Positions 18,070 through 27,688 of a stretch of 64,000 bases of DNA are shown here, piece after piece. Made by a program: the position numbers and the translations under genes. The notes below the pieces were generated by a model that searched no databases, was not told the origin of the DNA, and saw only the letters and a program-made list of their open reading frames with translations. The DNA comes from Candidatus Sericytochromatia bacterium. GTDB lineage: Bacteria > Cyanobacteriota > Sericytochromatia > UBA7694. The stretch spans positions 218,672 to 282,671 of the forward strand of contig CAWCRG010000010.1 in the NCBI GenBank assembly GCA_963797915.1, in the 5' to 3' direction. The first letter of the stretch is position 1; the number at the start of each line of letters is the position of its first letter.

Positions 18070-19482
18070 ATGACCACCTCTTCACCCACCCTCGCCATTG
18101 CTGTTATGGCGGCAGGCAAAGGAACCCGCATGAAATCTCCCGAGCTGCCCAAAGTCATGCACACCCTCGCTGGCCGCAGCATGGTTATGCACGTTTTACA
18201 CGCCGCCAACCAATTGCACCCGGAGCATCTGCTGCCCATTGTGGGACACCTCAAAGACAAAGTCAAAGCCCATGTTAATGAAAAAGCTCCTGAACTCATG
18301 CGCAATCGCCTGCAATGGGTGGAACAAATTGAACAAAAGGGGACTGGTCATGCGGTTCAGCAATTAATTCCTCACCTTAAACATTTCTCTGGACAGTTAA
18401 TTATCATTAACGGAGATGTCCCCCTGCTGAACGCGTCTACCCTCACAGATTTACTCAAGAAGCATTTAGAGGAAATCAACGCCGCCACGCTGCTGACCAC
18501 AACCCTTGACGACCCCACCGGGTACGGGCGCATTGTAAAAAACAACGCCGATCGCTTTTTGGCGATTCGAGAACATAACGACTGTACGCCTGCTGAATTG
18601 CGCATCAAAGAAGTCAACACCGGCATTTATATTTTCAACTGGGAACATCTGGCACAGGTCTTACCGGATTTACAAAACGACAACGCCAAAGGCGAATACT
18701 ACCTGACCGATGTGCTGGGAACTCTGGCTTCTCAGCGTTACACCATCGGCGTACACTGCATGAACGACCCCAGCGAAGTACAGGGAATTAACAGCCGCCG
18801 AGAACTCGCTTACGTCGAGAGCCTTCTGCAAAAGCGTTTGCGCAATTATTGGATGGAAATGGGCGTCATGCTGCGCAACCCCGACAGCATTATGTTGGAT
18901 TGTGAAGTGACCCTGGAAAGCAATGTAGAACTGCTCCCAGGTACCTTGCTGCAGGGCAAAACCCATATTGAGAGTGGTTGCGTCATTGGACCGCACAGCG
19001 TCTTAACCGACGCCTATATTGGCAAAGACAGCGTCATTAATCAATCGGTCATCACCGAAGCCAAAGTCCACGACAGCGTACACATTGGACCCTTTGCCCA
19101 TATTCGCCCCCAAAGTGAAATCCTGTCAAAGGCAAAGGTAGGCAATTTTGTCGAGCTCAAAAACACCCGTCTGGGTGTGGGCAGCAAAGCCTCACACTTA
19201 AGCTATATCGGGGACGCAGAAGTGGGTGAAAACTGCAATATTGGCGCGGGCACCATTACCTGCAATTATGACGGTGCCCATAAACACAAAACCGAGATGG
19301 GCGCAAACGTCTTTGTGGGATCCAACAGCACGCTGATTGCTCCGGTGCACCTCGATGACAATAGTTACGTTGCCGCCGGATCCACCATTACCGAAACCGT
19401 TCCCGCAGGCACACTCGCCTTAGGCCGCAGCCGCCAGGTGAACAAAGCGGGCTGGGTGGAGCACAAACGGCCCCGAAAATGA
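18070..19482 (+). CDS. glmU: bifunctional UDP-N-acetylglucosamine pyrophosphorylase / glucosamine-1-phosphate N-acetyltransferase
   Basis: 'LAIAVMAAGKGTRM' is the N-terminal nucleotidyltransferase motif, and the C-terminal left-handed beta-helix hexapeptide repeats are present. Start chosen at the ATG at 18070; the track ORF begins at 18007. Confidence 0.9.
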   Translation: MTTSSPTLAIAVMAAGKGTRMKSPELPKVMHTLAGRSMVMHVLHAANQLHPEHLLPIVGHLKDKVKAHVNEKAPELMRNRLQWVEQIEQKGTGHAVQQLIPHLKHFSGQLIIINGDVPLLNASTLTDLLKKHLEEINAATLLTTTLDDPTGYGRIVKNNADRFLAIREHNDCTPAELRIKEVNTGIYIFNWEHLAQVLPDLQNDNAKGEYYLTDVLGTLASQRYTIGVHCMNDPSEVQGINSRRELAYVESLLQKRLRNYWMEMGVMLRNPDSIMLDCEVTLESNVELLPGTLLQGKTHIESGCVIGPHSVLTDAYIGKDSVINQSVITEAKVHDSVHIGPFAHIRPQSEILSKAKVGNFVELKNTRLGVGSKASHLSYIGDAEVGENCNIGAGTITCNYDGAHKHKTEMGANVFVGSNSTLIAPVHLDDNSYVAAGSTITETVPAGTLALGRSRQVNKAGWVEHKRPRK

Positions 19483-20072
19483 GCACTTATTTTATCGTCG
19501 GCCTGGGAAACCCCGGTCAGCAATACACCAAAACCCGCCATAATATTGGTTGGATGCTCATTGACGAAATCGCCAGCAGTAACCGCTGCGCGCTGCAACT
19601 CAAAAGCAGAGAAAAAGCGTATCTTGGCGACTTTCATCTGCAGGGCCATAAAGTCATTCTATGCAAGCCGATTACCTATATGAACCTTTCAGGCGAGGCG
19701 GTACAGCCGCTGACCGCTTATTACAATGTACCCTTAGAAAATCTACTGGTCCTCTCCGATGATGTCACACTAGACTTTGGCCGCGCGCGTTTACGGACCA
19801 AAGGTTCTTCAGGGGGACAAAAAGGCATTCAAAACATTATTAAACGCATGGGATCTCAGGAGTTCTCACGTCTGCGCATGGGCGTAGGTCCGAAGCGAGA
19901 AGGCCAGGATTTGGCCAGTTTTGTTTTACAACGTTTTCCTAAAAACGAGATCGAGGCGTTGCCTGAGTTTTTAGACACCATGCGCCGGGGCGTAGAACGC
20001 TTTATTACACAAGATACCGACAGCGCAATTACGTATTGCAATAGCTATCGTTTGCCGGGTTTTTTCGATTAA
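19479..20072 (+). CDS. pth: peptidyl-tRNA hydrolase
   Basis: 'YFIVGLGNPGQQYTKTRHNIGW' is the Pth signature. The start overlaps the glmU stop (ATGA). Confidence 0.9.
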   Translation: MSTYFIVGLGNPGQQYTKTRHNIGWMLIDEIASSNRCALQLKSREKAYLGDFHLQGHKVILCKPITYMNLSGEAVQPLTAYYNVPLENLLVLSDDVTLDFGRARLRTKGSSGGQKGIQNIIKRMGSQEFSRLRMGVGPKREGQDLASFVLQRFPKNEIEALPEFLDTMRRGVERFITQDTDSAITYCNSYRLPGFFD

Positions 20073-20179
20073 ATGCCAAATGTACCGCAAAAAGTGATCA
20101 TTAATGTGCGTTATGTGCCCTTTTGCACCTGAGCCTCGTGCTATGATCATCGCAAATAGCTTATGGATGAGGCACTGAC

Positions 20180-21129
20180 ATGGAAGGCTACGATTTAATC
20201 GGCGATATTCATGGCCATGCACAAGAACTTCAGCAGTTATTGAAGCAACTTCACTACACCTTAAATGATGTGGGTGTTTACACTCACGCCAAAGGACGTC
20301 GCGTTATTTTCTGTGGTGATCTCATTGATCGCGGCCCCGACGCTCGCGAGGTGCTTCAAATTGTGCGCAGCATGGTAGACAACGGCTCTGCTCTGATCGT
20401 GATGGGAAATCATGAATACAATATGATTTGTTATCACACCTGGGTTGACGGGCACTTTTTACGCCCCCATACCGCCAAAATGCCAACCATATTTCTGCCA
20501 CCCTCCAATCTTTTGTCAATTACCGCGATGAGTGGCTCGATTATGTGGAATGGTTTAAAACCATTCCGCTCTACCTGGAACTGGAAGGCTTGCGGGTGGT
20601 GCACGCGTGTTGGGACCAACAATGCATTGATTATCTCGACAATAAGCTCGCAGATCGACGAATTAACCCCAGCTTTTTGTACCTGGCTTCCATTGTAGAT
20701 TCTCCAGCCTATTGCGCCGTAGAAAATATTCTCAAAGGCTGGGAAGCAGAACTGCCTGACGGACAGGTTTTTCACGATAAAGAAGGCAACGCCCGCCATT
20801 TTACACGGGTGCGCTGGTGGCCTGTAGAGGGTGAGCGCTGGCAGGATATTTCCATTGGAATGCCCACAAATCATGCGCTCAATAAGCAACATTTTACCGG
20901 GAGTCTGCCAGGCCCCGTCTACTCCCCCCACCAAAAACCCGTATTCTTTGGCCATTACTGGATGAAAGGCATTCCCCAACTTCTGGCCGACAATATTTGC
21001 TGCCTGGATTATAGCGTCGCCAAGGGCGGCGATCTGGTGGCCTACCGCTGGAGCGGGGAACAAATTTTAAGCCCCGAAAACTTTGTCTCTACAGGTGTTT
21101 TACAAGAAACCACACTCTCCGTTAGATAG
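20180..21129 (+). pseudogene. PPP-family metallophosphoesterase (PrpA/PrpE/ApaH-like Ser/Thr phosphatase), reading frame broken at about 20470-20490 (probable indel in AAAA run)
   Basis: The first ORF (20180-20698) has GDIHG, GDLIDRG and GNHE motifs. The conserved continuation '...NANHISATLQSFVNYRDEWLDYVEWFKTIPLYLELEGLRVVHACW' lies in another frame and joins the 20545-21129 ORF. The junction falls at 'ACCGCCAAAATGCC'. Confidence 0.65.
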
Positions 21130-21230
21130 AGACATCCTGTATATCGGCACGACCGGTCGGTAGGCTTTTTTATTGAGATCAAAGACACGGTATAATAGAG
21201 GAACGCCCGCTGAAAGGACTTTCTTCCGTT

Positions 21231-23000
21231 GTGAATATTTTCAAATTAGCCCCTCAATTTTTATGTGCGACACTACTGCTTAGCCCCCTGGCTGCCTGTC
21301 ACCCCGCCCCAAACAATGGCAAATCAGTCTATCGCTCAGCCTTTGAAAGCGATTTACCCTCTTTAGATCCCATTAAAATTGGAGATACCACCTCTCACGA
21401 TGTGGCCCACAATATTTATAACGGTCTGGTGCAGTACCGCCCTGAAATTACGGGAGAAGGCCAGGCCCTCTCTGATCTGGTGCCCGCGCTGGCTGAGTCC
21501 TGGACCGTTTCTGACGATGGCCGCACCTACACCTTTAAACTGCGTGAGGGCGTTACTTTTCATAACGGAACCCCCTTCACCGCTAGCGATGTAAAATACT
21601 CCTTTGAGCGCCTGGCTGACCCCCGTAACGCCTCCACAGGCGCATGGACCCTGAATGCTTTTGCCCTCGAAGGCATTGACGCTTACCGCGAGGCCTGTAA
21701 AGCCGCCGGGCGCAATGGCGAAAAAATTCACCTCGACAGCATTAAAGTCATTGATGATCATACCCTGTCGCTCACCCTGTCTCGCGTGGTTCCTTTTGCT
21801 TTACACGTTTTGGCCATGGCCTATTATTACGTAGTCCCCGAAGCCGTCGCCGAAAAATGGGGTGACCAGTTTACCTTTCACCCGGTGGGCACCGGCCCTT
21901 TTAAATTTGAATCCTGGAAACCCAACCAAAAAGTCACGCTCACCAAAAACGAAAACTATTTTGAAACGGGCAAACCGTATTTAGACGAGCTCCGCTTTTA
22001 TATCGTGCCCGATGAAAACATTCGCCTCCTGTGGTTTGAAAACGGGGAATTAGAGCATTTAGAGCCGCCCATTCCCGCCGCGAGCTTTGATCGTATTTTG
22101 TCAGACCCCAAGTGGAACGCCATGGGCAACCGAGCGATTCGAGAAATTGAGGGCGTTAACGACCCCAATCGCTCCAACGTCATTAAAGACCGCGAATGGA
22201 CCATTCAGTATTTGGGCATGGATACCCAGTCCGAACAGTTTAAAGACATTCGCATCCGCAAGGCCTTTAACTATGCCGTCAACAAACGCAAAATTATTGA
22301 CGTCGTACGTAACGGACGCGGAATTGTCGGAAAAGGGGTCTTACCGGACGGATTCCCTGGCTTTAAAGAAGACCGCCCCGTGCCTTACCCCTACGATCTT
22401 GAAAAAGCCAAAGCCCTGATGGCCGAGGCCGGCTGGCGCGATAGCGACGGCGACGGTGTGTTAGACAAAGACGGCAAGCCGTTTAAGGTAACCTTCTGGC
22501 ACAACCAGAGCATGATTTACGCCATGTTGGGTTCTTCGGTGCAGGCCGACCTTCGCGAGCTCGGCATTAATATTGACGTGCAGTCTTTAGAGTGGGCCCC
22601 TTACCTCAAAAAAGTGAAACCCACCAAAGACGAAAACGGCAAAACCCTCAGCAGCGAAGCGTCCTTCTTTCGTTTTGGCTGGGCTGCCGACTACCCCGAT
22701 CCCGACAATTATCTGTGGACCCTGTTTCACACCGACAATATTGGTCAGGATAATGCCGTACGCTATAGCAATACTACCGTGGACGGTCTCTTAGATCGGG
22801 CCCGCCGCACCACCGACTGGGAAGTCAGAAAAGGGCTGTATCAGGAAGCTGAAACCCAGATTATCGAAGATGCCCCCTGGATATTTTTATACACCAACGT
22901 AGAGTATAAGCTGGTACAACCCTATGTCAGAGGGCAGCAAATGCACCCGCTGATTCGGAACGAAATGTCCGTCATTAAACTAGAAAAACCGGAATCATGA
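21231..23000 (+). CDS. ABC transporter substrate-binding protein, family 5 (oligopeptide/dipeptide/nickel type) lipoprotein
   Basis: 589-aa ORF with lipobox 'LLLSPLAAC'. 'AESWTVSDDGRTYTFKLREGVTFHNGTPFTASDVKYSFER' is typical of SBP_bac_5. Confidence 0.85.
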   Translation: MNIFKLAPQFLCATLLLSPLAACHPAPNNGKSVYRSAFESDLPSLDPIKIGDTTSHDVAHNIYNGLVQYRPEITGEGQALSDLVPALAESWTVSDDGRTYTFKLREGVTFHNGTPFTASDVKYSFERLADPRNASTGAWTLNAFALEGIDAYREACKAAGRNGEKIHLDSIKVIDDHTLSLTLSRVVPFALHVLAMAYYYVVPEAVAEKWGDQFTFHPVGTGPFKFESWKPNQKVTLTKNENYFETGKPYLDELRFYIVPDENIRLLWFENGELEHLEPPIPAASFDRILSDPKWNAMGNRAIREIEGVNDPNRSNVIKDREWTIQYLGMDTQSEQFKDIRIRKAFNYAVNKRKIIDVVRNGRGIVGKGVLPDGFPGFKEDRPVPYPYDLEKAKALMAEAGWRDSDGDGVLDKDGKPFKVTFWHNQSMIYAMLGSSVQADLRELGINIDVQSLEWAPYLKKVKPTKDENGKTLSSEASFFRFGWAADYPDPDNYLWTLFHTDNIGQDNAVRYSNTTVDGLLDRARRTTDWEVRKGLYQEAETQIIEDAPWIFLYTNVEYKLVQPYVRGQQMHPLIRNEMSVIKLEKPES

Positions 23001-23893
23001 GCCAGAACCCCCGTCATAAAGACAGTCCCAAAGACACACCGAATAACGAGAGCCTTTTACAAAATAAAATTAACTGGTTTCCCGGGCATATTGCCAAAGC
23101 CCAACGGCAGCTGCGAGAAAAAATCAGTATGGTGGATTGCGTGATTGAGATGGTGGACGCCCGTCTACCGGTGTCTTCTCACTTTCCCTTTGTAGAAGAA
23201 TTGGCCAGCCACAAGGACCGCATCGTGGTGCTCAATAAAATTGATCTGGCCCCACCAGAAGCCGTCGAAGCAGCCATGGAATACTGGAAAGGGCAGGGTT
23301 ACCCCACCGTGGCGTTGGACGTTCCCCAGCGCAAAGGCATGAACGATCTCAAACAGGCGCTCAACGTGTTTTATGACCGGCTGGCCCAAAAAATGAAGAA
23401 ACGGGGTCGCCTGCCCCGCAAGCTACGCGTGATGGTCATGGGTTTACCCAATGTGGGTAAATCTTCGTTAATCAACGCCCTGATTAACAAGCGCTCCCTC
23501 AAAGTGGGCAATAAGCCCGGTGTGACCCGTGGGCTCCAATGGACAGCCATTGCCAAAAACCTGGAACTGCTCGATACGCCCGGCGTCATTCCCCCCAATA
23601 TGGCCGATCAAACCTTAGCCCTCAAGCTGGCCTTAATCGGCTCTATCTCGGAGCATGCTGCCGACATTACCGAAATGGCCGAAGCCGGCCTGGAGCTCTT
23701 AATGCGTGACTTTCCTGGCATTATTGAAGGCATGTACGGTATGGAGCCCATGACCCTCAGCGACTTTGCCCAACAGCGCGGCTTTTTAGTTCAGGGCGGC
23801 GAAAGCGATATTCGCAGAGCCGCAGAAGCTTTTTTGATGGAAGTGCGCTCCGGCAATAAAGTCAAGTTTAGCCTGGAGTCCGAAATGCCATGA
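22997..23893 (+). CDS. rbgA: ribosome biogenesis GTPase A (YlqF/RbgA, circularly permuted GTPase)
   Basis: The G-motif order is permuted: G4 'VLNKIDL' precedes G1 'GLPNVGKSSLINAL' and 'LDTPGV'. Confidence 0.85.
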   Translation: MSQNPRHKDSPKDTPNNESLLQNKINWFPGHIAKAQRQLREKISMVDCVIEMVDARLPVSSHFPFVEELASHKDRIVVLNKIDLAPPEAVEAAMEYWKGQGYPTVALDVPQRKGMNDLKQALNVFYDRLAQKMKKRGRLPRKLRVMVMGLPNVGKSSLINALINKRSLKVGNKPGVTRGLQWTAIAKNLELLDTPGVIPPNMADQTLALKLALIGSISEHAADITEMAEAGLELLMRDFPGIIEGMYGMEPMTLSDFAQQRGFLVQGGESDIRRAAEAFLMEVRSGNKVKFSLESEMP

Positions 23894-25548
23894 GCCCCGC
23901 CAAAGAGGGCATTCAGGCAGGGATTCGCCAGATTGGTAAACAGGTGCTGCAGTATCGCCTGCAAAAAGGCTATGCCCAGGAAGAGCTGGCCAAAAAAATT
24001 GGGCGAAGCCGCAATACAATTGCTCTGTTAGAACAGGGGCGGCGGTTACCCAGCCCAGACGATCTGGATAAAATTGCTGAAATCCTGGATATTCCCCATC
24101 AGCAATGGCAGGTCTTAAGCCATCACCAATATATGCTCGCCCACGCGTTCCAGGATCTTTTGGCGGAGCTTTTGGGCAAACCGCTAGACATGGAGTCCCT
24201 GGACCCCATCGCCCAACGCTTGCTGATTACGCAAATTCACACCTTTTTAAGTCGAGAACAGAGCCCACTTACTCCCCTGCAGGCCTGTAAGCACTTTAAC
24301 AGTCTGCTGACCTTTTTTGGCGAGCACCCCGTCACCCCCGCCTTTTACAATTACTTTTGGAGCAAAGGTAATTTTGAACAACTGGCAGAGTTTGAACAGG
24401 CCCTGCGCCACTTTCAACAAGACGCCATGCGCATTTTCGGTTCCTTTCGTAAAGCTTTTAAAACTCTTTCTGCTTTAGCAGAGCACGAACTGACCCCGCA
24501 CCTGCAAGCGCTAGCGCCCCTTCCTCTTGACCCTTATCATGCCCGCAGACCCTTTACCAGCATTCAACATATTGAGCGAGATCGCCTCGACGATCTGGGA
24601 TATATCTCGGTGGAGCGGGTGCGTAAGCAAAACCGAGAGCGTACCGAGTTAAGTCAACGCCTCAAAGAACTTGCCCACTGGATTGAAACCCATGGCGAAG
24701 GATCGGTGCTGGCCTTTGACGATCGCAAACTCCACCGCATTCAGACCCTGCTGCGTAAATTTGAATCCCCCTTAGAAATTGAAGAAACCCTCTTTCGGCG
24801 GGTAGACCCTGAAAGCGTACGCCGAGAGGCCCGGCATTTAGCGCCTGAAAATGAAGATCTCGCCCGCATTGCCGACACACAGGAACGGGGCATGCAGAAC
24901 CTGAGTGCTTATCTGACCGAAAGCAATATGGATGTGTATATCGCCACGTCAATGCGAGAGCGGGCCGACTTCATTTCGGTCAACGCGTTCGTCGAAACCA
25001 TTTTTAAAGATCCGCGCATCGCCCCTTTGCATCTGCGGTATTTTAACCCCACCCTCTCCTGGGTGGCGGACCGCGTGGCCAAAGGTTTAGTCGAAGCCCT
25101 CATGCTCAAACGCGCCAGCCTCACGGTATATATGGCCCAAAAGACGGACACCTTCGGCAAGGACTCTGAAGCCTCTGTGGCATTGGGTCAGGGCAAGCCG
25201 GTCATTGTGTACGTTCCGCGACTCTACGATCAGCGACTGGGCATTAATAGCGAAAAGCTCATGGCCCAAAGCGAAGCAAAATTACAGCAACAGTTTAATG
25301 AGCTCAATTTAGATATTGAAGAAAATTTAGACAAACAGGGCTGGGTAGAGCAGATTCTCAAAGCCCGTCTTAAGCAGCTCAACGGCGAAGCCCTGGCCCG
25401 TCTCGTAGACCAACACTGGGCCGACTTTGATTTATACGGCGAAGTGCAGCACTTGCCTACGGAGCAAGGGCAGATCGTACAACACTATCTCGGACACTCT
25501 TACCTTAAACCGCAAGACATCTACGCCCCGACCAGAGCCACCCATTGA
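23890..25548 (+). CDS. XRE-family HTH protein with long helical middle region and C-terminal nucleoside 2-deoxyribosyltransferase-like domain (putative)
   Basis: 552-aa ORF. The N-terminus 'YAQEELAKKIGRSRNTIALLEQGRRLPSPDDLDKIAEIL' is an HTH_XRE. The C-terminal 'MDVYIATSMRE...TVYMAQKTDTFGKDSEASVALGQGKPVIVYVP' resembles the N-deoxyribosyltransferase (NDT)-fold pattern 'DSGTAFEIGYA.A.GKPVI'; this is pattern recall only. Its start overlaps the rbgA stop (ATGA). Confidence 0.65.
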   Translation: MSPAKEGIQAGIRQIGKQVLQYRLQKGYAQEELAKKIGRSRNTIALLEQGRRLPSPDDLDKIAEILDIPHQQWQVLSHHQYMLAHAFQDLLAELLGKPLDMESLDPIAQRLLITQIHTFLSREQSPLTPLQACKHFNSLLTFFGEHPVTPAFYNYFWSKGNFEQLAEFEQALRHFQQDAMRIFGSFRKAFKTLSALAEHELTPHLQALAPLPLDPYHARRPFTSIQHIERDRLDDLGYISVERVRKQNRERTELSQRLKELAHWIETHGEGSVLAFDDRKLHRIQTLLRKFESPLEIEETLFRRVDPESVRREARHLAPENEDLARIADTQERGMQNLSAYLTESNMDVYIATSMRERADFISVNAFVETIFKDPRIAPLHLRYFNPTLSWVADRVAKGLVEALMLKRASLTVYMAQKTDTFGKDSEASVALGQGKPVIVYVPRLYDQRLGINSEKLMAQSEAKLQQQFNELNLDIEENLDKQGWVEQILKARLKQLNGEALARLVDQHWADFDLYGEVQHLPTEQGQIVQHYLGHSYLKPQDIYAPTRATH

Positions 25549-26017
25549 GATTCAGGATATCTTGATTCAGCAATTGGTCAAGGTCTCTTTGTTGTTTGAA
25601 AAGCGCGCCCACACCTTTAAAGAAGTGCATCCGCTGGCGCTGCAGGTGATTCTCTCCAGTGGTGTGCTCAACGGTATTTTGGTGGTGCGCTCAGCCAAAG
25701 CCTGTACCCGCATGATTTATGAGCTGCTCACCAATACCCTAAATACCGAACTGCGCGTCGACGAAAAAAATTACCGCCTGATCGAAAAACACAGCGGCAG
25801 CACCTTACGGGTAATTTCACGCCATCGCTTGCTCACCAACGCTTTTTGGACGCAGTATTTTAGTCTTTAATATCATAGCGCCCTATAAATGTAGGCCATT
25901 AAAATCCGCTGCGGTATTCACGTTAAAAGGAGAAGGACACATCATGAAACGACTCCCACTTTTTATATTTATCGTACTGTTAATGCCACCCGCTTAGCTT
26001 TTGAAGCCAAGCGATGA

Positions 26018-26809
26018 ATGCCAATGCAGATCAAAGCACGGAACAAAGACTTGATAGATCTCTTTGGAGATCACCGGGTCTATAAAAACTTTTTCTTTCA
26101 GTTGAAAGACGCCGTACTCAAAAATCAACGCAAGCAGGTCAGCGAACTCATTGATTACCCACTAAGTGTCTATGGCAAAGAATATAAATACGTGATTCAA
26201 GGCAAAACTGAGTTCTTAAAACTGTACGACGCCATTTTTTCACCAGATATGTTGGCCGTTTTAAAAAAACAACAGTTTGAAGATCTTTTTGCAAAGTGGA
26301 GTGGCGTCATGATTGGCCAGGGTGAGGTCTGGTTTTACGGTACTTGCCCAGATGTTGAGTGTAAAAAAGTAACGGTTCTAGTCGAATCTATGTATAGCCC
26401 TTCTTTTTTTAATTCAGCACAAGGAAAAAAGGCCTTCAATGACTTTCTCAATAAAGAGAAAAGCAAACTGCATCAAAGCCTTGTCACGTTTAAGGAACCC
26501 GTTTTGCTTTGGCACACAAAAAACCACATCATTCGTATTGATCGCATCAGTGGAGACAACTACAGATATGCCGCCTGGAACATTGGCAGTGATCAAAGCA
26601 AAAAGCCAAATCTTATTCTAAAAAAGGGGCAACTCTTTCGCGATGGGAGTGGTGGCAATCATCATTACGAATTTAAGAATGGTGCTTACACCTATGTTTG
26701 TCGTGTAAACCTCATTGGAGGTTCAGATACGCCACCGGGCTCTATCGAAGTCTTTGAAAAAGACAAAAAAATACTCTACCAACCCGTTATCAAAGTCCTC
26801 AGCTTATAA
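26018..26809 (+). CDS. hypothetical protein in low-GC islet
   Basis: 263-aa Lys-rich ORF in a segment far more AT-rich than its flanks (about 25870-26820). No recognisable domain. Confidence 0.5.
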   Translation: MPMQIKARNKDLIDLFGDHRVYKNFFFQLKDAVLKNQRKQVSELIDYPLSVYGKEYKYVIQGKTEFLKLYDAIFSPDMLAVLKKQQFEDLFAKWSGVMIGQGEVWFYGTCPDVECKKVTVLVESMYSPSFFNSAQGKKAFNDFLNKEKSKLHQSLVTFKEPVLLWHTKNHIIRIDRISGDNYRYAAWNIGSDQSKKPNLILKKGQLFRDGSGGNHHYEFKNGAYTYVCRVNLIGGSDTPPGSIEVFEKDKKILYQPVIKVLSL

Positions 26810-26820
26810 TCTTGACGACA

Positions 26821-27396
26821 TCACTGAGCAGTCAATTTGGCTGATCCAAAATTAACGCTAAAAGCCTTACACCACACAGACACCGACTGATAATCCGCCA
26901 GATTAATTTCCGCCGGGATCTCGTAGTTTGCACTGCCTTGCGTGGCTTTTAAGCGACCTAAATCAATAAAATCGCCCCCCTGCGGTTGTCCTGAATCATT
27001 ACGAATCAGATAAAAGAAAAGATCAGGACCGTTTTCAGTAGAAAAGTTTTCGACACGCAAAAACTTTTGGTCGCCATTCTCAATTAAACTCGCCTGACCC
27101 GACACTTTATGAAAACCATTCCTAAAAGAACCTTCGCTTATCTGCCTCAAGGCAGGAGCTGATGGCTCGACGGAAACAGGGGCTATCGGAGCGGTTTGTG
27201 CAGGCATATCTATAGAAGGCTCTGAGTCAGGGGGGGGTAAAACAGGCGCAGAAGCAGGTGCGGTGGCAGGAGGCTCCGGTGATGCAACAGAAGAAACAAC
27301 AGCGGTGGGCAGATCCTCATTCAACACAATCTCGGGTGTGGCACCACAAGCGCTTAAGGCACAGAGTGAAAGCAGAACGGATATAACTTTAAACAT
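26821..27396 (-). CDS. lipoprotein with Pro/Ala-rich linker and C-terminal DM13-like domain
   Basis: 191-aa ORF with lipobox 'LSLCALSAC'. The C-terminal 'GSFRNGFHKVSGQASLIENGDQKFLRVENFSTENGPDLFFYL' fits the DM13 pattern G.F....H..SG.A......LRL..F.T.NGPDL.VYL (recalled). Confidence 0.5.
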   Translation of the reverse strand: MFKVISVLLSLCALSACGATPEIVLNEDLPTAVVSSVASPEPPATAPASAPVLPPPDSEPSIDMPAQTAPIAPVSVEPSAPALRQISEGSFRNGFHKVSGQASLIENGDQKFLRVENFSTENGPDLFFYLIRNDSGQPQGGDFIDLGRLKATQGSANYEIPAEINLADYQSVSVWCKAFSVNFGSAKLTAQ

Positions 27397-27507
27397 GATG
27401 ATCTATCCTTTGAAATAAATATACCTTTACTCTATAAGAGTTTGCCATAGCGTTTCTGTCAGCTAAAATACACTTAAGAAAGAACGCCATAAATAAACAT
27501 GCAGAAA

Positions 27508-27625
27508 GTATGTCCTGGCAGTTAGCAGGCTATCTTCATGGAAGCTTACTCACTGCCTATTATCACTGTTAACACGTTTCACTTCTGTATTCGAAATGGG
27601 TAGAGGTATTTAAGAACCCATCAGG
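27508..27625 (-). pseudogene. degenerate 5S rRNA-like relic
   Basis: About 75% identical over ~115 nt to the real 5S at 28724-28846. Shared blocks include GTATG.CCTGGCAG, GCTATCTTC and TAAC.CGTTTCACTTCTGT.TTCGAAATGGG. The 5'-proximal helix region has diverged ('GGTGGGACCGCG' has become 'GGTATTTAAGAACC'). Confidence 0.45.
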
Positions 27626-27688
27626 TAAGTTCGGTTGAATTGATCACGATAATAACCAAAGCAAGTAAAATAACGAGGTTCCTCTTTC

